From NCBI RefSeq assembly GCF_009914755.1, contig NC_060934.1: a stretch of DNA of 64,000 nt; one strand, written 5' to 3'. Every line of letters begins with the position of its first letter. Within the stretch, counting starts at the first letter, position 1. Both the position numbers and the translations under genes were made by a program. The DNA comes from the human T2T-CHM13v2.0 reference genome, Homo sapiens. Below are positions 14,313 through 28,604 of this stretch, piece after piece. A model generated the notes under the pieces. It searched no databases, had not been told where the DNA came from, and worked only from the letters and a program-made list of their open reading frames with translations.

Positions 14313-14418
14313 CTTAGATTATACCCACCCAAAAGACACTGTCAGCATCACTGGTAAGAAAATCTTAGATTATATCCATCCAAAAGACACTGTTAGCATC
14401 ACTGGTAAGAAAATCTTA
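14313..14418. repeat. 51-bp tandem duplication (2 copies, 3 mismatches)
   Basis: CTTAGATTATA(C/T)CCA(C/T)CCAAAAGACACTGT(C/T)AGCATCACTGGTAAGAAAAT at 14313 and 14364. Confidence 0.95.
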
Positions 14419-14441
14419 ATGACCTTAGTTTAAAAGTGAGT

Positions 14442-14472
<31 letters not shown>

Positions 14473-14734
14473 CTCAGCATATGAGACACTAATGGTACAA
14501 GGGAAGATACACGTTTAAATGAGACAACTGAAAAAAAGCCAGGTTGTTAAAACTAAAAAAAGGTACAAATTCATAGTTTCTTAGAGATAATACTTGGTAA
14601 ATGTGATTTCTACCCCTATCCCCAATTATTGTGTTGAAATCAACCATTATTTGATGTCTTTTCCAGCATGTAATACTGCAATGGAGCAGTTTTAAAAATA
14701 AACTTTTATTTTTAGAAGAGGTTGAGATTTATAG

Positions 14735-15128
<394 letters not shown>

Positions 15129-15326
15129 TAGCATGGAAAATATCACAATTAATGAATCAACATTGATACATTATTATTAAAGTTTATATTTTATTCATTT
15201 TTCTTTAGTTTCTGCTTAATGGCCTTTTAATGTTTCAGGATCCCATCGAGGATACTGTATGACATTTAGTTGTGTCTCCTTAGGTTCCTCTGGGCTGTGA
15301 CAATTTCTCAGACTTTCCTTGTTTTT

Positions 15327-16067
15327 TTAAAAAAATTAATTTAAGTTCCAGGTTAAATGTGCAGGACATGCAGGTTTGTTACATAGGTAAACAAATGTGT
15401 GCCATGGTGGTTTACTGCACCTATGAACCCATCACCTAGGTATTAAGCCTCGCATGCATGAGCTATTTATCCTGATGTTCTCCCTCCCCACCCCCAGGCC
15501 CCAGTGTGTGTCCTTCCCCTCCCTGTGTCCACGTGGTCTTATTGTTCAGCTCCCACTTGTAAGTGAGAACATGTGGTGTTTGGTTTTCTGTTCCTCCGTT
15601 AGTTTGCTGAGGATAACAGCTTCCAGCTCCATCCATGTCCCTGCAAAGGACATGATATCATTCCTTTTTTATGACTGCACAGTATTCCATGGTGTATATG
15701 TACCACATTTTCTTTATCCAGTCTATCATTGATGGGCATTTGGGTTGATTTCACATCTTTGCTATTGTGGATAGTGCTGCAATGAACATACACATGCATG
15801 TATCTTTGTAACAGAATAACTTACATTCCTTTGGGTATATACTCAGTAATGGGACTGCTGGGTCAACTGATATTTCTGGGTCTAGGTCTTTGAGGAATTG
15901 CCACACTGTCTTATATGATGGTTGAACTAATTTACATGCCCACCAACAGTGTAAAAGCATTCCTATTTTTCCACAGCCTTGCCAGCATCCGTTGTTTTTT
16001 GACTTTGTAATAATTGCCATTCTGACTGGTATGAGAGGGTATCTCATTGTGGTCTTGATTTGCATTT
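15327..16067 (-). mobile_element. 5'-truncated L1PA (PA10/11-like)
   Basis: L1 ORF2 C-terminal peptide (ORF 15751..16065); TSD GACTTTCCTTGTTTTT at 15311 and 16068. Confidence 0.9.
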
Positions 16068-19000
16068 GACTTTCCTTGTTTTTGATGACCTTGACAGTTT
16101 TGCAGTATACTAGTCAGATATGTCCATCAACTGGGGCTTGTCTCATAGTTTTTTTTTTTTTTTTTTTTTTTTAATAGACTGGGGCTGTATGTTTTACGGA
16201 GGAAGATCACAGAGGAAAAGTGCCATTTCATCACATTGTATCAAGGGTACAATACCATCAACATGACTTATCATTGTTGATGTTGATCTTGATCATATGT
16301 CTGAAGCAGTATTTGTCAGGTTTCTCCATTGTAAAGTTACTCTATTTCCCCCTGCTTCCATACTGTTTTCTTTGCAAAGGAATCACTATGTTCAGCCCAC
16401 ATGTAAGCAGTGGGGAATTATGTTCCACTTCGAGAGTGAAGTATTTTCATACATTATTTGGAATTCTTTTGCCTGAGAAATTTGTGTCTTCTTTTCCATT
16501 TATTGAATTACTTATGTATAATAGTATGAATTCATGGATAGTTATTTTACAGTTTGCACTATACTTCAAGACTATTATATTTATTTATTTTTGCTCAAAT
16601 TGTTCCAGCTATGGCCATTGGGAACTCTTTTAGTTAATTCATATGTCCCTTCAACATACCCCCTACCATTGTGCCTCTGTATTAGTTTATTTACTTTTGT
16701 TGGGGGAGGGAGGAGCATTTCCTTACTTTTTGACACTCTAAGATGTTCCAGGCTCATCTTATATATTTACTGTGCTATCCTTAGATTCAGCCATTTCTCC
16801 AAGGAGCACTGTTTGCTTTTAGTAGAAAATAGTATTAGCAACCAATATCTGTGTGCTAGAGGTGTTCTGCTCCTTACATATGAAGTAATTGGGTATTTTA
16901 AACAATGCAGTTTTGATAGATACAATTCACATCTTTTGAATATCAGCTTCTATCCATTCAGTTTGGTATGCTGTTTTGATTGTAATCTAATTAACTAAAC
17001 CGTCTTTCTCAGCATTGCCACATCATGTATTTTACTCACATGGAAAAGACATTCTCTTTTTGTTTTGAAAAACTGAAGTCTGTTTATAGAGTCAATGGCT
17101 GCTGGAGTCCCAGTAACTAGCTATACAAATATCATGCCTGTGGTGGAGGCTGAGCTATAGTTATTAGCTTAAAGTCATAGACTCCACCCTGAATTACATC
17201 AGTCCTGTCTAAGCTAGTTTACATGTAACCGCTAAAGCAAGGCTGACAAGGTGGTGTCTCAGCTTGAGATAATGTACCAAATACCACAATGCTGGGCGAA
17301 GTTTTAGAGACTTCTCTGGACTCTTTTTTAATCAACGTGAACACTTCTTTTGGTGGAAGCCTCATTTTCTTCACTAGGCAAACTGGACCTTTCCAATTAG
17401 CATGCATAGTGTCTTCTCTCTTTTGCAGAAAGTCATCAACAAGGACAGCTGATGATGTTGAGAGTGAAAAGGCACTATTCCTGTACACATTCTGTCTTCT
17501 GATGGGAACCTGATGGAGCTCTGAGACCCTTCTCTGTCTTTCAGTTGATTTTTTGAAGTTGTAACTTAATTTTGTTCTTAACTCTACTTTCTCTTAAAGC
17601 TTTTTTTTGATTTTGAAGAAAAGTTTTGAAATTTTGTAATGGGTGAGAAAGCCATTTACATTCAACCAAATAAGATGTGTATTTTGAACTTTTACATGTC
17701 TCAAGTCTTTTAACATTGAAATAGAAGTATTAATATTATATATTTACTGCAACGACTTCAAATCTTTATAGCATTGTGACACTTGGCTATCGTTAAATAG
17801 TTTGTTCTCTTCTCCTTTCCTATCCTAGATAGAGCTACATGGGATATAAAATTAAAGGTAATAAACATTATTGGTTTGAACACTTTTTTTGAGAACTTAA
17901 TGATAGATTTTAATATAATAAAATCCTCAAGAGGTGTATGAAAGCAACATGTGGAAATTTCTCTCTTAGACAAAGTATAACTTGAAGTTCGGAATGGGTG
18001 CTGCTTGACAATCATTGTTCTATTCCATTAAAACAACTGTTTTCTCTTTTGCAAATTACAAAATTTTTCTCCCGTAATCAGCAGGCTTGTTTTTTAGTTT
18101 CTAAAGACTAAGAATTATACATTGAGTAACACTGCCAGATAACTCAAACTGCAGGTAGTTACAGAGACCTTCAACCCATGTTTTTCACAAAAAGCAGTGG
18201 GTATACAAACTAATTTGCAGATGCTAACCATTTTCTCCTTCATGTTGGAAGGTGGTCGAAGAGAAAAGGGGACAGAGCTGATAATTCAAAATGTTCCAGA
18301 GTCCTATATTTACTTTGTTAAGAGTCAACCTCAGGTCTATGTGTTGAGTCATGGAGTCAGGAATAACTCAAATAAGCCTCTGATATCATGTAATATTTGC
18401 TTTTAATTCCAAAGTTACCAAATGTTAATGCTGTTCAAAGGTACCAGATGGGGTTGGAAAGAAATGACTTATCCTAGAGGCTGCAGCTTGTAAAAATGTA
18501 GTTGATGCAATAGGGCCTCCTGGTAAAGATCCACTTTAAATTTTAACAAAACAGCCTATTGTGTTTCTTATGAAAACTCCAATAGGACAGAAGATGAGTG
18601 ACAGTAGCAGGCAAAACCAGTTCTGATCCCATCTGGAATTTTTTAAAACAATGTAAACATTTTTTTACAGGAATGATAATGTATCCATGTACCATTTGTG
18701 CATTAAAACATTTTTAAGGAACCAACTTAGAGTTTTCAATTTTCTTTACGCTGCCAAGGAAGGATGTTAAAAAATTTCTGCCTTCACCATCATTTCATTA
18801 AGAACTTGTTATATCAAAGCAAACAAATAAATAAATACATTTAGCTGTATATGGAAGTAAAAACTCTATAGCTACAGATGCATCTTTTAAATAGGTATTC
18901 TTAGTGTTTTAAACTTTTATTCATATTAGCAATAAGAGTTTTGCTATCCTGACTACCAACAATGAGGTGACTGTATTTTAAAACATGGTGCTTAGTTTAT

Positions 19001-19091
19001 GAATGGGAAAAAATATTCATCTCAGAAAAACCCAAGAAAACTGGCTGAAAGCTGGCTCCTAGGGTAACAAGGTTCTGCATTCCTTACTTAC

Positions 19092-19187
19092 AGTTGTGGT
19101 CATGGTCTCTTCGGTCACTATCTTCAGGGTGTCCACTACTGAGATGTAGCCGAGGCGCCGGGCAATGCCAAGGGCAGTATTCCCATT
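19092..19187 (-). CDS. ANK3: Ankyrin-G exon (~21), 96 nt, [32 protein letters not shown] (last repeat)
   Basis: TGCCAG|AAT and ACT|GTAAGT. Confidence 0.97.
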
Positions 19188-19683
19188 CTGGCAAAAGGAA
19201 AATGTGAGTGAGGAATTAGCAAGCCTTATTCCACATTTTTTTTGCTGATACAAAATGTAAGGTGAGTGTCTCATCAGACCCATCCCACTGTCATACACAA
19301 ATAAGTGTTTCATTAGAGACATACCTTGCACAAAACCCACCTAACCTGTTTGTACAGCAAAGTCTGGGCAGCTACACATGCAATCCAAGAGGCTTTTTAA
19401 CGTTCTAAGTAAGCAATCAATGAAACCAACACAATTTTTTTTTCTTACATGTGTACTTCCTACTAGGTGACAATGCAGTAGGTAGTTTTCACATATAAAA
19501 CACTAATCATCTCTCTCTCTCTGAACAGCTCAGAACAATATGGTTATTGTCCTTCTTTCCTCATTCTACTGAATGCTCTGTTTATGCCTCTTCATGAAAG
19601 TACAATGAAAAACGTAAGAAGACACCAGAGTCCAGGCCCATCTATCTCCTCCCTCTTCTCCTGAGCTGGCCCTGAGCGCTTAC

Positions 19684-19782
19684 CACAGTGAGTTCATTGG
19701 GGGAGGCGTTGTTCTGAAGTAAGACATTTATTATATGCGTATGCCCCTGCTGTGCTGCTTGATGTAATGGCGTATACCCATT
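19684..19782 (-). CDS. ANK3: Ankyrin-G exon (~20), 99 nt, [33 protein letters not shown]
   Basis: CTACAG|AAT and GTG|GTAAGC; follows an 89-nt intron. Confidence 0.97.
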
Positions 19783-19871
19783 CTGTAGAAGGAAGATGGA
19801 AGAGATGATTCTTAATTCCTTTGAAGCAAAAATAAATGATTCTGGCAGAAACAAAAAAGGAAGGAGCTTAC

Positions 19872-19970
19872 CTTTGTTTTGGCATTAACTTTTGCAGAAT
19901 GCTGGAGCAGGAAATTAACAATCTTGATATTTCCATAGTGGCAGCCCACATGCAGTGGTGTGTATCCCAT
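19872..19970 (-). CDS. ANK3: Ankyrin-G exon (~19), 99 nt, [33 protein letters not shown]
   Basis: TTACAG|ATG (A-rich acceptor) and AAG|GTAAGC. Confidence 0.96.
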
Positions 19971-21524
19971 CTGTAATTATTATTTTTTTAAAAAAGAAGC
20001 ATCATAATTACACTTTTACTAACAGCTATCCTAAACAGAAGCAAAATCATTATTTAACCTTTCTTTTTGAGCTGGCAAAAGTAGGTTTTTTTCTTCTCTA
20101 TATTAAAAAAATTGCCCTTGATAATTCTCAGCATAAGACTTAGGTATAAATTAAAATACCACTGCCCATAAAATTGTTAGCTCCCCAAAGTGCTTTATTT
20201 TTTATCAGGTCATCTTGTTCTTAGAACTTTTCAAGATACAAAGGAAAGATGGAACAACTGACAGCATAGACAAACTGATTCAGTGGCTTCTTATTCGGGG
20301 TCAGAAGAGCACTTTATGGAGACTTGACTTGTTTATTGAATACTTTCTGAAAGCTTTAAATCTAGGCAAAAATGAAGTGGCTAAATAATAACACATGGCA
20401 GGAGGTGATTATCAGAATGCCTGATAGAGATAGGAAGAAGCACAGAAACACTAAAAGGAAGAGGGAGGCTGGTGAGAGCTCAGGTGGTCTGAGAAGTATG
20501 AACTTGAACAAGGTATATCAAGTTAGTCTTTTGCCTTCCTACCTAGAGTCCCAGAGTTTGAAAACCACTGATTCACTGATTTAGACAAGAAATGGTTTGT
20601 TTCTCAAATTAGTATCCACTGACCCCTGAGGGGCTATAAGTTCTCTGTGTGTGTATATGTGTGTGTATGTATGTGTATACAATCTAGATAATTATTTTCT
20701 TTAAAATAAGGATATTCCAGATCCTTCTCTAGATGGCTGTGTTCATTATAACATACTACCCCGCAATTTCAGAGCCCCTGTTCATAATGACACAGGCAGT
20801 ACCAGATCTCTGAAAGGGAGAACATTGACCTTTTATCACAATATTTCTAAACAGGAATGGGGGTGGGTGATCCATATTTTCAAGGGTCTGTATCTTATAT
20901 GATGGCACTAGAGTCTTTATGGTGACCCCAGCAAATGAATACATTTGAATTTGAAAAAGAGATGCCCAAACCACAGTTGACTGCAGAAGGTGAAGATACC
21001 TTACCAGGGATGTGCTGCCCTAGAGCGGTGACTCTTGGTAGACTTTGTCTCACTAAACACACTGTCAGTGCACCCACACTGACCAGACTGTCCCTGGAAA
21101 GCTCACCATAACCACATATAGGAAACTGACTTACAACCTCTAACGCTACTGAATACACGATGGAAGATATTCCTTTTTGGTGACCAGAATCCATTTGCCT
21201 GCTTTGCAGGGTTCTCCTTTTCAATACAGAGGAACTCAGATACTGCACCCATGATCAGAATACTGCTTAATAAGGGAAGCTTGAAAATAATGTGTCCAAT
21301 CAGTGCTCAGTACAATGGTTTAACTGATTGAAGTAACATTATTTCCAAGTTCAAAGAACTTCCCCTTACAAGTCAAAACCACGTGGACCCAATATTTTTT
21401 AAAAATCTAAATATTAAAAAATTCTTTGAGATTTTAGTCAATTTGCCTAAGTTATAATACAACCATTTCTAATAGTTGTTGAGATGGATGTGTTGATTAG
21501 GTATATATAGTTGAGACAGGGTTG

Positions 21525-21803
21525 TTTATTTATTTATTTGAGACAGGGTCTTGCTCTGTCACCAGGCTGGGGTGCAGTGATGGGATCATGGCTCACTGCA
21601 GCCTCCCCTCCTGGGCTCAATCTATCTCAAGTAGCTGTGACTACAGGCATGCACCACCACGCCTGGCTAATTTTTCTATTTTTTGTAGGGATGAGGTCTC
21701 ACTATGTTGCCTAGGCTGGTCTCAAACTCCTGGGCTCAAGTGATCTTCCTGCCTTGGCCTCCCAAAGTGCTGGGATTACAAGTGTGAACCACCATGCCTG
21801 GCC
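21525..21803 (-). mobile_element. AluJ
   Basis: Diverged antisense Alu with (TTTA)n tail. Confidence 0.9.
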
Positions 21804-22509
21804 TAAATATGTTAATGCACAGGTTCTATTCATCCTCATAGTTTCCCATCTCATTCTTATTAAAACCCTAAGTCATTATAATACAGTGTTAGGAGCTGTC
21901 TAATTCTAGTCTCCCCTATCCTCCTCATCCCCCATCCATACATCTTTTAGTCTTCCCACAATTCTCTCCCTTGGTCGCTGTGCTCCAGGACACTGGTCTT
22001 CCTGCTGTTACACAAACACTAAAGTGTTTTTTCAAAAATACATGGGCATGGCCAAGAAGATTGAACTTGCATTCAGAGAAATCAGATGTGGGCTCCTCCA
22101 TTCATCGGGGTTAACAGCATTCCCATACAAAATAGCACCTCGCATAAATACGCTCAGAGAGGTGGGACATGAGCAATTCTTTCCAATCAGCAGTAACAAA
22201 TTTTTCAAAGACTCCCTATTTTTTTCTTGAGTAGCTAAATAAGCAAACAAATAAAGAGCCATAGCCCAGGGAACAGAGCAGCCTCTACCTCTTTGTCATA
22301 GCTGCCTCACTGATAACATCATTACAAGCTGATTAGGTTTTTCCTTCCTTCCTTTGGGCAACACTGGATAGAGCTCAGCAAAACCCTGCAAAATGCATCC
22401 GAGTCTTTAACAGCATTCCTTCCTTTTTTCCTCTCTTGATTACCAAGTAGTAGATGTTTACATCCATTCACTGATAAGACTGCACTTCTGACTGATGAGA
22501 ACGGGGGAA

Positions 22510-22740
22510 GGAGGGGCTCAGCAGCCAGGAGCCCGGGCCTCAGAGGCAGACTGGGTTTGGGACCCAGCTCTGCTACTTACTATCTGTGTGAATTTGGATA
22601 AGTTATTGAACCTCTCTGTACATTGGCTTATGCATTATAAAATGGACTTTAGTAGCAGTACCAAAGTCATTGTGTTGTCATAAGGATTAACTGTTAACAA
22701 TTATTTCAACAGTGTCTGACACATAGGGTTAGCTATTATT
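22510..22740 (+). mobile_element. MIR, followed by an L2 3' end (22750-22820)
   Basis: cccagctctgctacttactatctgtgtgaatttggataagttattgaacctctctg core. Confidence 0.8.
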
Positions 22741-22834
22741 ACCTCGTGCTGAAAACAGTGCCTGGCATATCATCAGTGCTCAATAAATATTTTAAATCTT
22801 TGGTAAATTAATGACTGAAAATAGGAAAAGATCA

Positions 22835-23199
22835 GGCCGGGTGTGGTGGCTCACGCCTGTACTCCCAGCACTTTGGGAGGCTGAGGCGGGCAGATCACTT
22901 GAGGCCAGGAGTTCAAGACCAGCCTGGTCAACATGGCAAAAACCCTGTCTCTGCTAAAAATACAAAAAAAAAAAAAAAAAAAAAAAAAACAAAAAACAAT
23001 TAGCCGGGCGTGGTGGCATGTGTCTGTAGTCCCAGCTACTCAGGAGGCTGAGGTGGCAGGATCACTTGAACCTGGGAAGCTGATGCTGCAGTGAGCCATG
23101 ATCATGCCCATGTACTCCAGCCTGGGCAACAGAGTGAGAGACTCTGTCTCCCAAAAAAAAAAAAAAAAGAAAGAAAAAAAAACCAGAAAGAAAAAGAAA
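22835..23199 (+). mobile_element. Alu (J/S) with an expanded middle A-tract
   Basis: Alu dimer; A run of about 26 nt in the linker at ~22964-22989. Confidence 0.93.
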
Positions 23200-23263
23200 T
23201 TGTCATTTCTAACTCTGGCTCAGCCTATTCCGCTTCTGATACCCCTTATAATTTTGCTAACCA

Positions 23264-23598
<335 letters not shown>

Positions 23599-23649
23599 TA
23601 ATTTTGCTAACCATTTTTCTTTCCTCTGGCATGCTCATCTCAGCTTATA

Positions 23650-25020
<1,371 letters not shown>

Positions 25021-25104
25021 TTCCTCTATCCTACCCACCTTTGTCAAAAATCTTAGTTATTACCGAATACTCTAAAATTATATATATATTTCTAGATATA
25101 GACC

Positions 25105-25315
25105 TGTGGTTAAAATCAGGCTTTGTAATAATTAGCTTTGGGACCTTATGCAAGTAATTACTTTTTCTGTGCCTCAGTTTCCTCATCTGTAAGACGAGGA
25201 TGCTAATTTTACCAGCCTCATAGGGTAGTTGTAAGAATTAAACAAAATAATAAATGAAAAGCACTTAGAATAGTACCCGGCATAGAGAAAATGGGTAATA
25301 CATTGTTTTATTTTA
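25105..25315 (+). mobile_element. MIR
   Basis: tctgtgcctcagtttcctcatctgtaag...aaagcacttagaatagtacccggcatag. Confidence 0.85.
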
Positions 25316-26196
25316 TTATGATGATGACTTTGTTATTATAATACTATGAGTTTTGCTCTCTAAACTATGAATTCTATGAGGGCAAGGAATATATCTCCCA
25401 GGTAAGAATTTGGTGACCAGCAGGAAATCTACACATAAATGTGAAATAGGTAAGTATCACATAAGTTCTCAAAGCTTTTTATGCTTTTACACACATTTAA
25501 AGAAATCCAGTGTAACTCCTGATCCCTAATTAGTGTCCTCTAAGAATCAATGCCTTTCAGGGGTGGTCTAAATAAAATGCTTCCGGACATTATCCTTCTG
25601 AAAAGCAAAAGCAGTGGCTTCATCTCTATCAAACAACACTGATTATTATACCCTGTGGCACAATTTAGCTTAAACTCATTTGGTGAACTTCAAATGCAAA
25701 AGGGGGGTGGGGTATAAAGGGTCAGCAAACTGGAGGGGTGCGGGGGGAGAGGACTGCAAAGGCTGTTACCAGGATTTTCTAGTCTTCTCCTCATCAGGGA
25801 GAAGAGGTCTTGATATTTTTATTATTATTAATTATTTTTGCATGTAAGCCAATGAGTTGAATGGTATACATCCCACCTGTGGGCTGCTTGGGGATGTCTT
25901 CTTTACCAGTGAGAATGTGAACATTCCTGGGATACAACAAATTCCTTATTCACAAAATTAAGCAGCAAATGCAAGCAACCCAGCTATCTGCACTTCTGCT
26001 GTGCTCTAGTTATGGGACAATCATGGCTTCACTTCCTTTTGGTGGCTGTGACCTTTGCAGAGAAGAGAAAGGAAAGGAAAATAACTTGTAAAGGACAGAG
26101 AGATGCTTTCTGAAGTGAGACGCTCTGCTCCGTTTGTAAAGGGCAGGAAAGGTTACATGCTGCCAGATATCATACGGGGTACAAAAATGACTACGT

Positions 26197-26484
26197 GGCC
26201 GGGAACGGTGGCTCATGCCTGTAATCCCAGCATTTTGGGAGGCCAAGGCAGATGGATCACCTGAGGTCAGGAGCTTGAGATCAGCCTGGCCAACATGGCG
26301 ATACCCTGCCTCTGCTAAAAATACAAAAATTAGCTGGGTGTGGTGGCATGTGCCTGTAGTCCCAGCTACTCAGGAGGCTGAGGTGGGATTGCTTGAATCC
26401 GGGAGGTGGAGGTTGCAGCAAGCCATTACATTCCAGCTTGAGTGACAGAGTGAGACTCCCTCTTGGAGGAAAAAAAAAAAAAAA
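26197..26484 (+). mobile_element. AluS
   Basis: Alu dimer; GACTAC direct repeat on both flanks. Confidence 0.93.
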
Positions 26485-27099
26485 GACTACCAACTGGGAC
26501 CTGAGTTGGGCTGGGTTAGAAGGAAACTGTGGTGGAGTCCTGAGACTCGTACATCGAGGGGCTGTGTGTGCAAATGGAAAACAGATGGAGGCAGCACAGT
26601 ACTTGTTTCTCTCCTCCCCGACCTGGCCTTAAGAATCCTCACCATACTCCCTGGCTGAATTTTAGGGCATGGCTTGGATGTGCTGGGGCAGAAAAATGTT
26701 GAGAAACTTGACCCAGACCTTGCCTTCTAGAGTTTTATATCTATAAAAAGGAGAGAGAACCTAAGAAAGTGTTTAAGTCTGTCTCTCTCTCTCTCTCTGT
26801 GTGAATAAAGCGGTATGGAATGAAGACATTTACCATAAAGTTGCAAATTTCCAAAGTCAAGAATTATTTCCCGATGAAAGTATTCAAGCAGCATAAGAAA
26901 ATAAGCTAAATTCAGTCTCATTTTGGTGTCAATACCCTTTTATCTGGCTAATTTGGGGTAATATTTCTGTATTACTAGTTACTTCAATATGCCCATATAC
27001 CTCAGAACCTGCCTATATTACATATAAAAATTTTATTCACAATATTTAGTAGTCATTCTTTTTCATGTCAAACATGGCATATAGAAAGAAAGCATATGT

Positions 27100-27510
<411 letters not shown>

Positions 27511-28112
27511 CTATATCTTTGATGATGACATGAGAAGTCCTATTTTGTGTGTGTGTTTGAGTTGTGGCATTATATAAGATTAATTAGCAATTTTTTTTTC
27601 TTTTTGAAATGAGAGCTTTCTCGTCTGAGAGAGGGAGAACACACGCATGACCGCACAGACCATTAGGAATTTAGCAAGTGAGTAATATTTAAATAAGCCT
27701 TAATTTATCCTGTTTCATAAATCATGCTGAACGAACGTAGAGGTCACAAATTACAAGTTTTTCTATTTGTCTATTTGTCTGCATTTAAAACATCCATCAC
27801 AAAAACTAAGAAAGGTACAAGCTTTCACACTCTGCCCCGAAGGACACATTTGTTGTAAGGAGGCTCAACAGTGTTAATATAGGGGGAAATTACTGTGCAG
27901 CTAGAATCAAGTACCCAGGCCGTTAAAGACAAAAGTCCCTGGAATACGGCAACCGGAGACTTTAGTGTCCCTTGCATAAATAAACATTTAAAATACTACG
28001 TAGAAAAGAGATGATTAAAGGGTTTGTTCTCCTGATACAATTATAGTTACTTCCTTACTGCAGTCACCAAATGGACACATTCTTTTCCGTGTGGCAAGGG
28101 AGGGCCGTATAC

Positions 28113-28211
28113 CTTTGTCTGGGCGTCCACATGAGCCCCTTGGTTTACGAGGACTTCTGCCACATTCACTCGATCTTCTTGAGCAGCCAAATGGAGTGGG
28201 GTCAGGCCGCT
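28113..28211 (-). CDS. ANK3: Ankyrin-G exon (~18), 99 nt, [33 protein letters not shown]
   Basis: TTGCAG|AGC and AAG|GTATAC; translated by hand. Confidence 0.96.
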
Positions 28212-28336
28212 CTGCAAAAGATTCAAAGGGCACAGTCATCGTACAGGAAGGAATGTCACACACATAGCCATGTTTGAGAAACCATTTGTGAATTCTAAGA
28301 TGGTAAGCCGAGAATTTCTATGTTAGAAAAAACCTA

Positions 28337-28604
<268 letters not shown>

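Noticed and set aside
14313-14418. Repeat-spacer or CRISPR-like reading of the direct repeats here and at 43984
   Set aside because: Only two copies each, eukaryotic intron, no array and no cas genes
17219-17513. Overlapping 89-aa and 74-aa ORFs in non-repeat intron 21
   Set aside because: No recognisable domain, no convincing splice-site pair, length compatible with chance; a BLAST or conservation check would be needed
19086-19091. Tandem donor GTAAGTAAGG after exon 21
   Set aside because: A +4 GT is inherent to the GTAAGT consensus; use would frameshift, and nothing else supports it
20895-21248. 117-aa minus-strand ORF with three donor-like sites (CTG|GTAAGG ~21004, ATG|GTGAGC ~21106, GTT|GTAAGT ~21134)
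   Set aside because: No good upstream polypyrimidine acceptor; the best candidate exon (21005-21093, 89 nt) frameshifts and has no ankyrin similarity
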